Shown piece by piece: positions 12,016-23,773 of a stretch of DNA of 64,000 nt. The notes beneath the pieces were generated by a model that saw only the letters and a list, made by a program, of their open reading frames with translations, searched no databases and was not told the origin of the DNA. Source of the stretch: a virus; IMG/VR virus record IMGVR_UViG_3300045125_000064, positions 36,383 through 100,382 of that record; one strand, 5' to 3'. Each line of letters starts with the position of its first letter. Positions within the stretch are counted from its first letter, which is position 1. A program made the translations under genes and the position numbers.

Positions 12016-15000
12016 ATGATTAGAATTGCCCACTTGGCTGATACACATATCAAAACTCTAAAAGACCACGACTTATATACCGAGAGATGTTTAAAGATTT
12101 AAAATTAAAGTTGGAAAAAGAAAAGCCAGATTTTATTATTCACTGTGGAGACATTGTTCATTCAAAGACAGTTATGTCTCCAGGATTGGTTCAATTGATA
12201 TCAGAATTTCTGACAATGTTATCCGACATTGCTCCAACTTATCTTATTCTTGGAAATCATGATATAAACCTAAGAAATCCAGACAGAGAAGATGCAATTT
12301 CGCCAATTGTTTCTTTGCATGAACGTATAACAGAATATCCAAGAATTAAATTACTAAAAGGATATCAAAAGTATATCTGGATTATGACTTTACTTTACAT
12401 GCATTTTGCAGAACAGATGAAGAGAACTGGAAGGGAAAACAAATAGACCTTGAAGAAGGGGTCAATATTGGCTTATACCACGGCTCTATTTCAGGATGCG
12501 TCACAGACTCAGGTTATACTTTAAAAGACTCAGAAGAGCAAATAGACACGTTTAAAGCGATGGATTATTTGTTGCTGGGAGACATTCATAAAAGACAGCA
12601 GATGTAGGAAGGATGGAACGGCATGGTATCCAGGCTCAACAATCCAACAAAACTTTGGAGAGGAAGAAAATAAAGGATTCCTTATGTGGAAATTCAGCAT
12701 CCACTTCATTCTAGTCAGAATTTGTTGAGTAAAATCCTCAGCCATATAAAACTGTACATTATTGGATGAATATGGTCTTTGTCAAACTTATTTTGACCCA
12801 GATGCTGAAACAAAACCAAAGGTTCGTTTGCTTGTTCCAGAAGATTTAGCAAGGTAGACAAACAGGCCATATTAGAAAGCTGGAAAGATGAATGCTCAAG
12901 TGTTGAAATCAGAAACACATCGAAGAAGACTTGTTGGCAGAAGAAAAGCAGAGAGCAAAACAACAGTATTTGATGTTAACCAATATGTAGATAAATTTTT
13001 GAACAAATATGAGCAATCATTTCAAGATGATGCAAAACTTATTATTGATGACTTAAAGAGAAAGAGCAAAGATTTCTTCATTAATGTCTGTTTCAAGATG
13101 GAATGTGCTATCTTGTAAATGGAATAACATGTTCAACTTTGGGAAGATAATGATATAGATTTACAAGATATAATTCACAAACTCTTGGTATATTTGGCAA
13201 AAATTACAGTGGCAAAAGCTCCATTGTTGAGACAATCTTATATTCAATTTATGGTATAACATCAAAGAATATAAAGAAGAACATAAATTATATAAATGAT
13301 AAGAAAAACAATGCATTCACAGAAGTAAAGATTCAAGCAGATGGAAAGATTTACACCATCCAAAGAACAATAGAGATAACAAATAAGAAAAAGGAAGAAG
13401 CAAAGTCAACTGTGGACTTCTTTATTGAAGATGGAATGATAACGCTGAATGGTGTTGACAAAAATGAGACAGAAAAAGCAATCATTGAAAAGTTTGGTTC
13501 TCCAGATTATTTTATGATGAGTTCAATAATCACACAGTTCAATTCAATGCAGTTTGTTGAATCAGCCTCCACAAAAGAGAAAGAAATATTATCAAATTTT
13601 CTTGATTTGAAATCTTTGGACTTGTTGTTTGATGAGGCGAAAGAACTCTTTAAAAGAAAAAGAAAAGGTACTCGTTAAGCATTATGAATCATTAGATTTG
13701 CACAAGAAGCTGGAATTGATTGAAGAACAACAAAAATTTGATTTTGATTCTGCGATATCTACTTTAAAACAGAAAATCATTGATAATAGCACTTGGCCAA
13801 AGAGAATATAAGACTTATAAAGATTCTCAATCCTCAAGAGAAGAATACAAAACATATTTGACAAAGCATGGTGTTAAGGATATTGATATGTTTCTTCTTA
13901 CATTAGAAGAATCAAAGAAAACGTACCAGCAATCATTGGATGAAACACTGCAAAAATGTGAAAAATTGAGAGATATTTTACAAAATATGAAAATTTATTA
14001 AAAGAAGTTAATGCGGAAGAAATCAAAAGAAAAATACAAAGCTTATAAGAAATTAGTAAATGAAAAAAGTGCTTTGCATGTTTCTTTGGATAGATTGAAT
14101 TCAAAGAATTCTATTCTTTATAAGTCTTTTTCTGTGATAGATAAAATTCCATGTGAAAAGATTTATATAAAATATGTCCTCTGACAAAAACGCTATTGAT
14201 GCGAAATGAATATGAAAATAACTGTGATGGTATTAAAGAATATAATGAAGAGATATCTAAAATTGATGCAGAAATATCGAACAAATATGATAATATTGAA
14301 GAAGATATGAAGATGATTAAAGAGATGGAAGACAAATACAATGTTAAAAAGAATGAGCAAATTTCCTGTTTAAAAATATATCAAACTTGAAAGAACAAAT
14401 ATCTTTGATAGAAAACAGATATAGTCACCTAAATTCAAATAAACATCTCGCCCCATCAGAAGAAGATAAACAAAATGATAAATTATATTCCTACGATAAA
14501 TATATGAATAGTGTTGAGGAAAACAAAACACTAAGCAAAGAAATTTCAACTCACGAAGCCAAGAGAATATCTCTTCAAATTGAGAAGAAGAATGTAGAGG
14601 AAAATATATTAGAAAAGGACAAAACATCGTATCAATTTACATTGTATGATGCTGTGTCAAAATTATTCCATAGTAATGGCATTGTTTTTGAAATAATCAA
14701 GGATTTCATACCCTTCTTAAATGAAAAGATTCAAACATTACTTCTAGGTGTTGTTGACTTCACTGTTTATCTTGAGGAACAAAATGATAAGCTTGAAATC
14801 TTCTTAAAACATCAAGAACAGAATACAAGATTGATTGAACTTTGTTCCGGGTCGGAAAAGATGTTTGCTTCAATGGCAATAAGAGTTGCTTTAACAAAGC
14901 TGGGGAAATATACCGCTTTCAAGTCTATTTATCTTGGATGAACCTGCAACTTCATTGGACCAAGAACATATTATTCAGTTTGGAAGCATTCTAGAAATGA

Positions 15001-15116
15001 TAAAGAGTGAATTTGACAATATCGTCTTAATCACACACTTAGATATTCTGAAAGATTACGCAGACAAACAGATAAATGTTGGAAACAAGAATGGATTTGC
15101 TATTTTGGAGGACTAA
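12016..15116 (+). CDS. SbcD/Mre11 (gp47)-like nuclease followed by SbcC/Rad50 (gp46)-like ATPase, possibly one fused gene; many indels
   Basis: AHLADTH, CGDIVH, LGNHD, LLGDIH, YPGST phosphoesterase motifs; Walker A GKNYSGKSS near 13195; coiled coil; signature LCSGSEK; Walker B DEPATSLD; LITH. Confidence 0.85.
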
Positions 15117-15385
15117 ATGATGAAAGAACTGATATTAAAATTTGCTTCAAGAAAACTTCTTGTTTTCATTGTTTCAACCGTGTTACTATGTGTGCATATC
15201 ATCACTCAAGATATTTGGGCAATAATGGCAGCAGTGTATACTGGCTCAAAATATTGCTGAAGGTGTTAGTCAATAAATTTATGAGCAAATCGCCAGCTTC
15301 ACAAGTTGCTGCTGAAGTAATTAAAGAAGTTGTTGAGGAAACAAACAAAGAAGAAAAAGAGGAAAAAGATGCAACTAACAGCTAA
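15117..15385 (+). CDS. holin-like small membrane protein (frameshifted)
   Basis: MMKELILKFASRKLLVFIVSTVLLCVHIITQDIWAIMAAVYTG...: two hydrophobic segments and a charged tail, directly upstream of the endolysin. Confidence 0.5.
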
Positions 15386-15782
15386 TTTTAAGAAAGAAGA
15401 ATTTGAAGGAAGATCTGGGGCTATACCAGAAGAATTAATGAAGAATGTGCAAGAACTTGCAAACAATCTTCAGGTTCTAAGAGACACAATTGGAAAGCCA
15501 ATCAAAGTTATTTCTGGATATAGAAGCCCAGAATATAATAAAAAGATTGGTGGTGCAAAAAAGAGCCAACATATGACAGCATCAGCATCAGATTTACAAG
15601 TAGATGGTATGACTCCATCAGAATTAAAATCTGTTATTGAACAACTCATCAAAGATGGTAAAATGAAGAAAGGTGGAGTTGGTCTATATCCTGAGTTTAC
15701 TCATTACGACATAAGAGGATATAATGCAAGATGGTCAGGCGGGAGAATCCAAGATGATAAAACTGATTCAGCAGAAGCTTAA
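15369..15782 (+). CDS. peptidase M15A family endolysin
   Basis: MQLTANFKKEEF; ISGYRSPEYNKKIGGAKKSQHM...ASDL; GVGLY...THYDIRG (H, D, H zinc ligands). Confidence 0.85.
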   Translation: MQLTANFKKEEFEGRSGAIPEELMKNVQELANNLQVLRDTIGKPIKVISGYRSPEYNKKIGGAKKSQHMTASASDLQVDGMTPSELKSVIEQLIKDGKMKKGGVGLYPEFTHYDIRGYNARWSGGRIQDDKTDSAEA

Positions 15783-16128
15783 AGAATTTTGGGAAATATT
15801 TAAAAAATATTGGGAGATTTTTGCATCTTCAGCGTTAATTTTTGTTGTTTCAATTTTTCTTTTAAGAAAAGGGGAAAAACAGAAAGATGGAACCGATCCA
15901 GTAGAAGATAATATTGTTATTGTAAAAAAAATTGAAGATAAGAAAGATAATGAAATTGAAAAGATAGAAATAAAAAAAGATGAAGATATAAAAATTATTA
16001 ATGATAATAAAGATAAACAAATAGATTATATCGAAAAATCTTCAAAAGAAAGAATTGAAGAAACTACTGCTGAATTTAAAGAAGATCCACAAAAAAAGAT
16101 GAAGAGTTTGCCAATCTTTTCAATCTAA
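15754..16128 (+). CDS. membrane-anchored coiled-coil protein, i-spanin-like
   Basis: N-terminal TM segment IFASSALIFVVSIFLL followed by a charged coiled coil; overlaps the endolysin. Confidence 0.4.
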   Translation: MIKLIQQKLKEFWEIFKKYWEIFASSALIFVVSIFLLRKGEKQKDGTDPVEDNIVIVKKIEDKKDNEIEKIEIKKDEDIKIINDNKDKQIDYIEKSSKERIEETTAEFKEDPQKKMKSLPIFSI

Positions 16129-16138
16129 AGGTACAACA

Positions 16139-16578
16139 ATGAAAAAAATTATATCAACATTAATGTGTCTATTCTTATTTCTCTTGCCACTTAATTCCTA
16201 CTCAGAAGGGAAAATGACAAGATTACAAAGAGGACAATGTGCAGCCTACCCAGGTGTGCTCATTGATGATGAAGGAATGGCATCAATCAAAGTAAAATAT
16301 GAGGATGCGCAAAAAATATGCACAACAAATCTGGAAGCTGCAAAACAGCAAAAAGATGTTGAGTGTTCTGCTGAGTTGAATAAAAAAGATATTAAATGTT
16401 CGGCAGATAAAGATGTTGAGCAACAAAAGACAAAAAGAAAAGCAAAAAAGTTGAAGAACTTCAGCAAGAATTGAAAAAATTTGAAAATCAAGGTTTTTAC
16501 GACTCATTATATGCTGGTGGGGGCTTTATTGTTGGAGCAAGTATTGTTATTCTTGTGGTAAAAGCACTTAGATGGTAA
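16139..16578 (+). CDS. exported Cys-containing coiled-coil protein with C-terminal TM helix, spanin-like (frameshift near 16440)
   Basis: Signal peptide MKKIISTLMCLFLFLLPLNSYS; shifted frame continues KVEELQQELKK...AGGGFIVGASIVILVVKALRW-stop. Confidence 0.4.
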
Positions 16579-16582
16579 TAAA

Positions 16583-16891
16583 ATGAATGACCAATTTGAA
16601 AAAGTTAGAGAATTAGAAAAAGCAATAGAAGAGAAGTATGGAGATCAGAGCGTTGAGCATCTTTCGAGAGATTTAACTCAGGAAGAAATCAAATCTCTCT
16701 ATTCTAAAAATCATGAGGATTCATATGATCGAGAATCGGATGATATAGTGATATCTAAAACCAGAAAGGCACTATTTAAAGACAAGCTAAAGTGTTCAAA
16801 ATGTAATAAAATGTCTTTTTCAGAACGAGATGATATTTACTTATTGAAGAGCAAAAATGCTATAATTGTTATGTTAAAGAGGAAAAAATAA
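16583..16891 (+). CDS. hypothetical zinc-finger protein
   Basis: CSKC motif plus CYNC in the adjacent frame near 16858. Confidence 0.45.
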   Translation: MNDQFEKVRELEKAIEEKYGDQSVEHLSRDLTQEEIKSLYSKNHEDSYDRESDDIVISKTRKALFKDKLKCSKCNKMSFSERDDIYLLKSKNAIIVMLKRKK

Positions 16892-17419
16892 ATGGCTGAT
16901 AATAAAGATGTTGTAAAAATGGTTTCTGCAATTTATCAAGCTGCGGAGAGAGGAACTCATGGAGCAAAAGATAAAGACGGAAAAGAATATAAGACAGGAT
17001 TAAAAAGAGAGGTTGATGTTAAATCAAGTAATTTTGATGGTTTCAAAGTCAAGATACAAGATAATCTTTTAACAATCAATTATCAGCTTGAAATGCACAA
17101 TTTTGATTCCTCACAAAAAATTGAACAAGTAGAAAGAGATATAAAATCAACATTAACAAGCATCAAAAAGTTCATTCAATCTCAATATAAGGATATAACT
17201 GGAAAGACATTAAGATTGGCACAAGAAGAAGAACCAAAAATTGTTATGGCACCAATTTCAATGGTTAGAACTTCATTCCTTGGAAAGTGGGTATTTAAGA
17301 TTTCTGGAATAGAAAGCACACAAACAGAAAGAGAAGAAAACGAAACCGCTAAAAAGGTCATCAAGACACTGGATAAAAAAGCAGAGAAGCCAAAAAATGT
17401 CTCCAGAAAAGATGACTAA
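16892..17419 (+). CDS. hypothetical protein upstream of the terminase
   Basis: 175-aa ORF with GAGG SD. Confidence 0.6.
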   Translation: MADNKDVVKMVSAIYQAAERGTHGAKDKDGKEYKTGLKREVDVKSSNFDGFKVKIQDNLLTINYQLEMHNFDSSQKIEQVERDIKSTLTSIKKFIQSQYKDITGKTLRLAQEEEPKIVMAPISMVRTSFLGKWVFKISGIESTQTEREENETAKKVIKTLDKKAEKPKNVSRKDD

Positions 17420-17421
17420 CA

Positions 17422-19025
17422 ATGGTAACAGCACAAACAAATAAAGCATTTATAATCAATGAATTAAAAAATGTGGCAGAGATCCCATATACTTTTTGTT
17501 AAAATATGGCAAGATCTGCTCATCCAGAAAAAGGAACTATTCCTTTTAAACTATACGATTTCCAGAAAGATTGTATCGAAGACTTTATGACTCATCGTTA
17601 TAATATTGTTTTGAAAGGTGAACAGCTTGAGCCTTCTCAACAACAACGGCAGGATATATTGCTTGGCTTATTCTGTTTAATAGAGATAAGACAGTTCTTG
17701 CTGTGGCAACAAAAGAAACGGTTGCAACAATCATTGTGGAGAAAAGTAAAAGAAGATTATTAAATCATCCAGACTGGATGAAGATTGCACAACCACTTCT
17801 GCAAACAATACAGAGCTACTAGAACTTTATAATGGTTCTTGGAGTTAAAGCTTCATCAACATCTGGTAGATACTGGTGTTTCTGAGGCTCTTCTTTATTA
17901 GTTATTGACGAAGTCAGCACTTATTAAAAATATGGATGAAATTTGGACTGGTCTTTATCCAACTCTTGCTGTTGCTGGTGCTTGTATTGCAATTTCAACT
18001 CCTAGAGGTGCTCAAGGTTGGTTTCATAAATTTTAATACAGATGCAGAATTTGGCAAAAATAATTTCATCCAATAAAATTAATGTGGTATGTTCATCCAA
18101 GATAGAGATGAAAACTTCATTGAAACAGAAAAGAAAAATATGTCTCCAAGGCAAATTGCACAAGAGTATATGTGCAGCTTCTTGGCTTCAGGTGATACGT
18201 TTATTGACCCTGACGATATTCAGAGATTACAAAAAAGACTTGATGACCATAAAATTGCCCCATTACAGAAAACTGGAGATGGAAAGAATTTATGGATTTG
18301 GAAAGAACCAGAGGAAGGAAAAAATATTGCATTGGCGCTGACGTTTCAAGAGGTGATGGTGCTGATTATTCAACTGCACAAGTTATTGATGTTGATTCAT
18401 ATGAACAGGTTGCAGAATTTGAAGGTCAAGTCGAAGAAAATATTTTTGCATCCATTTTGTATGAACTTGGAAAAATATTATAATAGCGCATTGATTAGTA
18501 TAGAGAATTCAATGCAAGGTCCAGGTGTAATAAATAGATTAACAGATGATTTAGAATATACTAATATATACTGCACTAGGAAGTCAAATCATGATTATGT
18601 GCCTCATTATTTAACTTCAATGGGAGGCACTGAAATCGCTAAAGGTTTTTCTATGACAACTAAATCAAGACCATTGGTTTTATCTTTTATGGAAGAAGTT
18701 ATTAGAAATGAACAAATTGTTATTAATTCTCCAAGATTAATTGATCAATTTAACACATTTGTTTGGGATGGAGATAAACCACAGGCAGCAAGAGACAAAA
18801 ATGATGATCTCAGTTATGGCACTGGCAATTGCAATTTGGACAAGAGATAAAGCAATCTTCTCATCAATAAGAAATGGTAAGATGAACAAAATAATGATTC
18901 TTGCTTGTGTTAAAGATAGTAAAGATTTGGACACAAGAGTAACTGGAATGGTTGGATATAAACCAGAACCATCAAGACCAAAACCAGATAAAAGAAGTTA
19001 TTATCTGTCCTGTTTTAGAGGTTAA
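17422..19025 (+). CDS. terL: terminase large subunit (gp17-like), many indels
   Basis: IPFKLYDFQ adenine-binding motif; NIVLK..QLG Walker A region; LVIDE Walker B; ISTPRG coupling motif; IGADVSRGDGADYST and NDDLVMALAIA nuclease motifs. Confidence 0.9.
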
Positions 19026-19030
19026 AATAA

Positions 19031-21080
19031 ATGGCGAATACAAGAGCAGGGTTAAGAACCTATAGAAATAATAAACAAAATACCAAAAATCAAGAATCAC
19101 CTTTATATCAAAAGCTGACAAAAATCTTTTCTGGTCCAATTGTTAACTATCGTTCCAGAATGGTAACAAAATAGAAAGAGAGAGATTGATAAATTTGGTA
19201 AGAAATTCAATTCAATGTCTGGCCAAAAGTATACAAGAAATCTTTATACTCCATTCGATTATATAAGAACATCTGTAATGTCTGCACAAAATAGACAGGA
19301 AAGATATGTTGATTTTGATCAAATGGAATTTGATCCATTCTTGGCTTCTGCTCTTGATTTATATGCAGACAGTATTACAACACATACTGAAGTTTCTCCA
19401 GTTCTCCATATAGAATGCACAAACGACGAGATTAAGAATATTCTTCAAACTCTATTTTATGATGTTTTAGCAATGGAATCAAACGCTTTCTATTGGGCAA
19501 GAAACGTTTGTAAATATGGAGATTTTTTCTTTATCTTGAAGTGGATGACACAGTTGGAGTTCAATCAGTTATTGCTTTACCTTCAATTGAAATTGAAAGA
19601 CTTGAAGGAGAAGATGAGACAAATCCAAATTATATCCAATTCAGATGGAATAATGGTGGCTTAACATTTGAAAATTGGCAAATTGCTCATTTTAGACTTC
19701 TTGGAAATGAAAAATATAATCCTTATGGAACATCTGTTCTGGATCCAGCAAGAAGATTGTGGAGACAATTAACAATGATGGTTGATTCTATGATGGCTTA
19801 TAGAATCACAAGATCAGCAGAGAAATTGGTATTCAAAGTTCCAGTTGGTGGTATAAACGAGGAAGATATTCCTGGAGTAATGGAAGCATTCATTTCCTCA
19901 ACCAAAAGACACCAAATCGTTGACCCAGATACAGGAAGAATTGATCAAAGATTTAATCCTGTTTCGATTGAAGAAAATCTTTATTTCCCAACCGTTGGCG
20001 GTGAAGGCCCAACAGTGGAAACATTGACAAGCAGGTCAAAATCTAACAGCTATTGAAGATATTAAGATGTTAAAGCAAGCAATGTTTGCAGCTATTAAAG
20101 TTCCAGAAGCATATCTTGGTGGTGGAGAAAATCCAGAAGATCAAACAACTTTGACACAGAAAGAAGTTCATTTTACAAACACAATTCAGAGAATTCAAAG
20201 AGCAATAATTGAAACACTAGAGCACATTGCCAAGGTTCACCTTCTAGTAATGGGCTTTAGAGGTGATGATCTTCTATCCTTTAAACTAAAGTTCAATAAT
20301 CCTTCAAAGATTGCAAGAATGCAAGAATTGACTGCGTTCAAAGAACAACTGGATGTTGCAAGTGCTGCAAAGGGAATTAATATGTTCAGCAATCGTTACA
20401 TCTACACTCAAATCTTTGCAATTCCAGATGAAGAGGCAAAGAGAATTGAAAGAGAAAGATTCTATGATATTCAAATTGAAGCTGCAATTCAAGCTTCTGC
20501 TCAAGAAATGGGTGGAGAAGGTCAAGAAGGCGCAATGGGCGGAATGGGAGCAGGTGGTTTGGGTGGCGATGAAATGATGCCATCTGGTGGTGATTTGATA
20601 GGCGATATGTCTCAGCTTTCATCAGAACCAGGGCCATCAGGAGAAGGTGGAGGAAGTGTTGAAACTGGAGAAGAGCCAACAGTTGACAAAGAAGCTCCAT
20701 TGTTAGCAAGTCCAGGCAATTTCCAGCCACAAGCTGTTTCACAAACTGTTGAAAGAGATTCTGATGGAAATATTGTTAAAATTCATCTTGGGAATAGTCA
20801 CACTCTAACTCCAAAATCAAAAGGTAAAGTTTATAAGCCAGAAATTGTTGATTCAAGAAAGAATACTGGGCCATTAAATCGTTCAATGAAATACCAAATG
20901 GGTGCTGGTGTAAGTTCTAATTCAAATAGAAACATAAATCCTGGAACAAATGCGTTAAAGAGATTGTCTAAGCTCCAGGAAAACAAAGATGCTAAGAGTG
21001 ATACTATTTATACTGACCTAACAAATTATTTTAATAATATGGAAACACAGTTGGAGAAAATAGATGAAGCTAAAGCATAA
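19031..21080 (+). CDS. portal protein (T4 gp20-like), frameshifted, with a long Gly-rich C-terminal tail
   Basis: RYVDFDQMEFDPFLASALDLYAD; CKYGDFF; IAHFRL...PYGTSVLDPARR; MAYRITRSAEK; LKQAMFAAIKVPEAYL. Confidence 0.9.
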
Positions 21081-21889
21081 CAAAAAAAGAAATACTCTTT
21101 TCCTATTTGAAACATTGATGTATGAGTTTACTCAAGCTTCCTTAAACAAAGATAATGAGTATGCTAAAGATATCAAGAAAACAATTTTATCTTTCTTCAA
21201 CAAAAACACTCCTTTATACGAAGAATTGCAATTATATAAATCTATTGTAAATACAACCAACATTAAGGACAGAAGAGTGGCAGAAAAGATACTCTTTGAG
21301 TCCAAACTGGAATATATAAAACTAAATAAGCAACAAGTGTTTTCGTCTCAAACTGCTCTCATCAATAGAATAAACAAAAATTTAAGACCATCTATATTTA
21401 ATAATCCAGTCAAAAATTATACAAGCATGGCATCAGCATATCAGATATTTAACAACACTTCTGACGTTAAAACAAGAGTTTTGCTGGAAGAAGAAATGCT
21501 GGAAAATATGTGTCGCTGCGAAGTGCTTAATGAAGAAAAGACAGCCAATTGATCCTTTAACTTTTAAAATTGCAGTCAACAACTATAACAAAAAATATGA
21601 GACATTACTAGAAAACCAAAAAACTCTTCTAAAGAAATTTGTATTATCTGGTAATCAAGATAATTTTGCAGACTTAGTTGTATATTTGTCAGAAGAAATA
21701 TATAGAATTGAGAAAAATATTTCAGAATCAATTAATTCTGTTGAAGAAATAAACAAAAATAAAATTATAAAAGAAAATGCTTTAATGATTCTTAATCTAA
21801 TAAAAGAATTTAGATATAAAGAAATTGATGAAGAATTAATTAAAACAATCCTAAAGCTCCAAAAAATTGAGCATGAGATATTGACATAA
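21064..21889 (+). CDS. head-cluster hypothetical protein (frameshifted)
   Basis: MKLKHNKKRNT...; ORFs 21064-21552 and 21530-21889; ACTATTTAT motif at 21003. Confidence 0.55.
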
Positions 21890-21890
21890 T

Positions 21891-22445
21891 ATGATAACAA
21901 TTAATATTGGTGATAAAGAATTAAATGTGTCAGGTTTGGAACCAGATCCAATGGAAGATCAGGATCCAAATGCTCCAATTATTATAAAAGTTGGGAAGCA
22001 AGCAACAAGAATTAGACTTAATATAAGAAAAACTCTCGATAATAATTTTATTATCTATGATCATGATTTAATTGAAATTATTATTGTGCCAGATAAAAAT
22101 AAAGTTATAACAGTTCCAAAAGTAAATACAACAACTGACACATATCCAGCTCAAAATAGATATTTTGAGATGCTTGAAAAGAAAGGAATTACAATTAGAG
22201 GAACAATTCGCTCTGGTCCAGTTTACAATTCACTTGAAGCATATTATCCTGTGAACGAAGAAATAAATGTTCTTCAAGTTGTTATTTTGGCAACAAAACG
22301 ATTCATTGATATTGAAAAAGAGATGCATGACACTGCAAAAGATTATGATGATAACATAGAAGATATGTTCTTAGAGCCAGATGAAGATGACTCCACTGAG
22401 CTTGGGGAAATTCCACATGATAGACCTGGTAATTTCCCCATATAA
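21891..22445 (+). CDS. head-cluster hypothetical protein
   Basis: 184-aa ORF with acidic C-terminus. Confidence 0.55.
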   Translation: MITINIGDKELNVSGLEPDPMEDQDPNAPIIIKVGKQATRIRLNIRKTLDNNFIIYDHDLIEIIIVPDKNKVITVPKVNTTTDTYPAQNRYFEMLEKKGITIRGTIRSGPVYNSLEAYYPVNEEINVLQVVILATKRFIDIEKEMHDTAKDYDDNIEDMFLEPDEDDSTELGEIPHDRPGNFPI

Positions 22446-22498
22446 TCCCTATAATCCTTCTTATACCTCAATGGTAAGAGAATGGTTGGAGAAGAAAA

Positions 22499-22783
22499 AT
22501 GCCAAGTAATATTTCAGAACTATTAACTTTTATCTTTGGGTGTTATGGGCTGACAATGATTCTATGTTATGGAAAAATCTTAGATTTTGCTAGAATTAAA
22601 ATACCTTTTTTTAATAAAATGACACAATGCAGTCTTTGTACTGGCTTCTGGTCAGGAATGTTAATTTCTTTGTTTTTCTTTAACGCTTATTATATAATGT
22701 TGTTTGGATTTGTTGGTTCTGGCACTAGTTATATTTTAGATAAACTCATTAGTGATGATGGGATCCAAATTAAGAGAGGCTAA
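22499..22783 (+). CDS. small membrane protein with CxxC (DUF1360-like)
   Basis: Three hydrophobic segments; CSLCTGFW. Confidence 0.5.
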   Translation: MPSNISELLTFIFGCYGLTMILCYGKILDFARIKIPFFNKMTQCSLCTGFWSGMLISLFFFNAYYIMLFGFVGSGTSYILDKLISDDGIQIKRG

Positions 22784-22784
22784 T

Positions 22785-22874
22785 ATGATAGTAGGAATAA
22801 GAAAAACAGGTTTCCAATTTTGGACACAAAAATGGTCTAAAAGACCCCCAACTAATTGCAAAAAAGGTTGCTGA
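22785..22874 (+). CDS. 29-aa basic Cys-containing peptide
   Basis: SD GAGAGG; MIVGIRKTGFQFWTQKWSKRPPTNCKKGC-TGA; below the ORF-track cutoff. Confidence 0.4.
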   Translation: MIVGIRKTGFQFWTQKWSKRPPTNCKKGC

Positions 22875-22909
22875 CTTCATACTTATATTATATAAAGAGA
22901 GGATAACAA

Positions 22910-23146
22910 ATGTCTAAAATTATAATTGAAGTCAAAGAACTTAACAGAATTATATCTGAAGAAGTGGAAAAATTTGTTGAAGAAGTTGAATCAAAGCACC
23001 CAGATGTTTTGAAAGAAAAACTAAAAACTATGCCAAAAGAGCAGTTGATCAACTTACTACAAGAATGCTCATCTGATTCTGAATTTATACTTGATAATGT
23101 GAGTAAATATATGCTTCACAGACTTTATAAGAAGAGCAGAAAATAA
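22910..23146 (+). CDS. small head-cluster protein (possible prohead core component)
   Basis: SD GAGG; helical and Glu-rich, IISEE. Confidence 0.5.
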   Translation: MSKIIIEVKELNRIISEEVEKFVEEVESKHPDVLKEKLKTMPKEQLINLLQECSSDSEFILDNVSKYMLHRLYKKSRK

Positions 23147-23148
23147 TA

Positions 23149-23760
23149 ATGACACAGCAAATCCTTCTAACAGAATTTTATCTTGCAGATTATGAGCTTC
23201 CAGAGTTTAAGTCTTTATTGACTGAACAGGAAATTTATGATAATGAAAATGGTGGAGTTTTAACTCTTTCAGGAAGATTTCAACATGCAGATTTGAAGAA
23301 TGGAAATGGAAGAATCTATCCAGAAGAGATTCTGAGTAAGAGAAGTAAATAATTATCAACAGCTCATTAGAGATAAGAGAGCAACTGGAGAACTCAATCA
23401 TCCAGAAACAGCTACCGTTGATCTTGAAAGAGTATCACACAATATTACATATCTTGAAATGAGAGGCAAAGAAGTTGTTGGTAAACTTCAAGTATTAAAT
23501 GATATGCCAATGGGTAATATTGTTAAAGCTCTTTTACAAAAATAAGATTAAATTTGGAGTTTCATCAAGAGCATTGGGTTCTGTCAAAGAATCAAAAGGT
23601 AATATTGTTGTACAAGATGATTTACAATTAATTTGTTTTGATATTGTCTCTGATCCTTCCAACTCCTGGGGCGTTTTTGCATGAAGCAAAAGAAAAAGTT
23701 TATGAGAGAACAAATGACAAAAGAAAAAGAATTGAAGAAGCAATGAAAACATTGATTTTT
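23149..23760 (+). CDS. prohead core protease (T4 gp21-like), frameshifted; end approximate
   Basis: QHADLKNGNGRIYP; GELNHPE (catalytic His); GVSSRALGS (catalytic Ser); FDIVSDPS. Confidence 0.9.
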
Positions 23761-23773
23761 GATATGGGGAAAT

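Noticed and set aside
22860-22905. Selenocysteine at GGT-TGC-TGA (Gly-Cys-Sec-like)
   Set aside because: No convincing bacterial SECIS hairpin follows the TGA; the downstream sequence is AT-rich and holds the next gene's SD.
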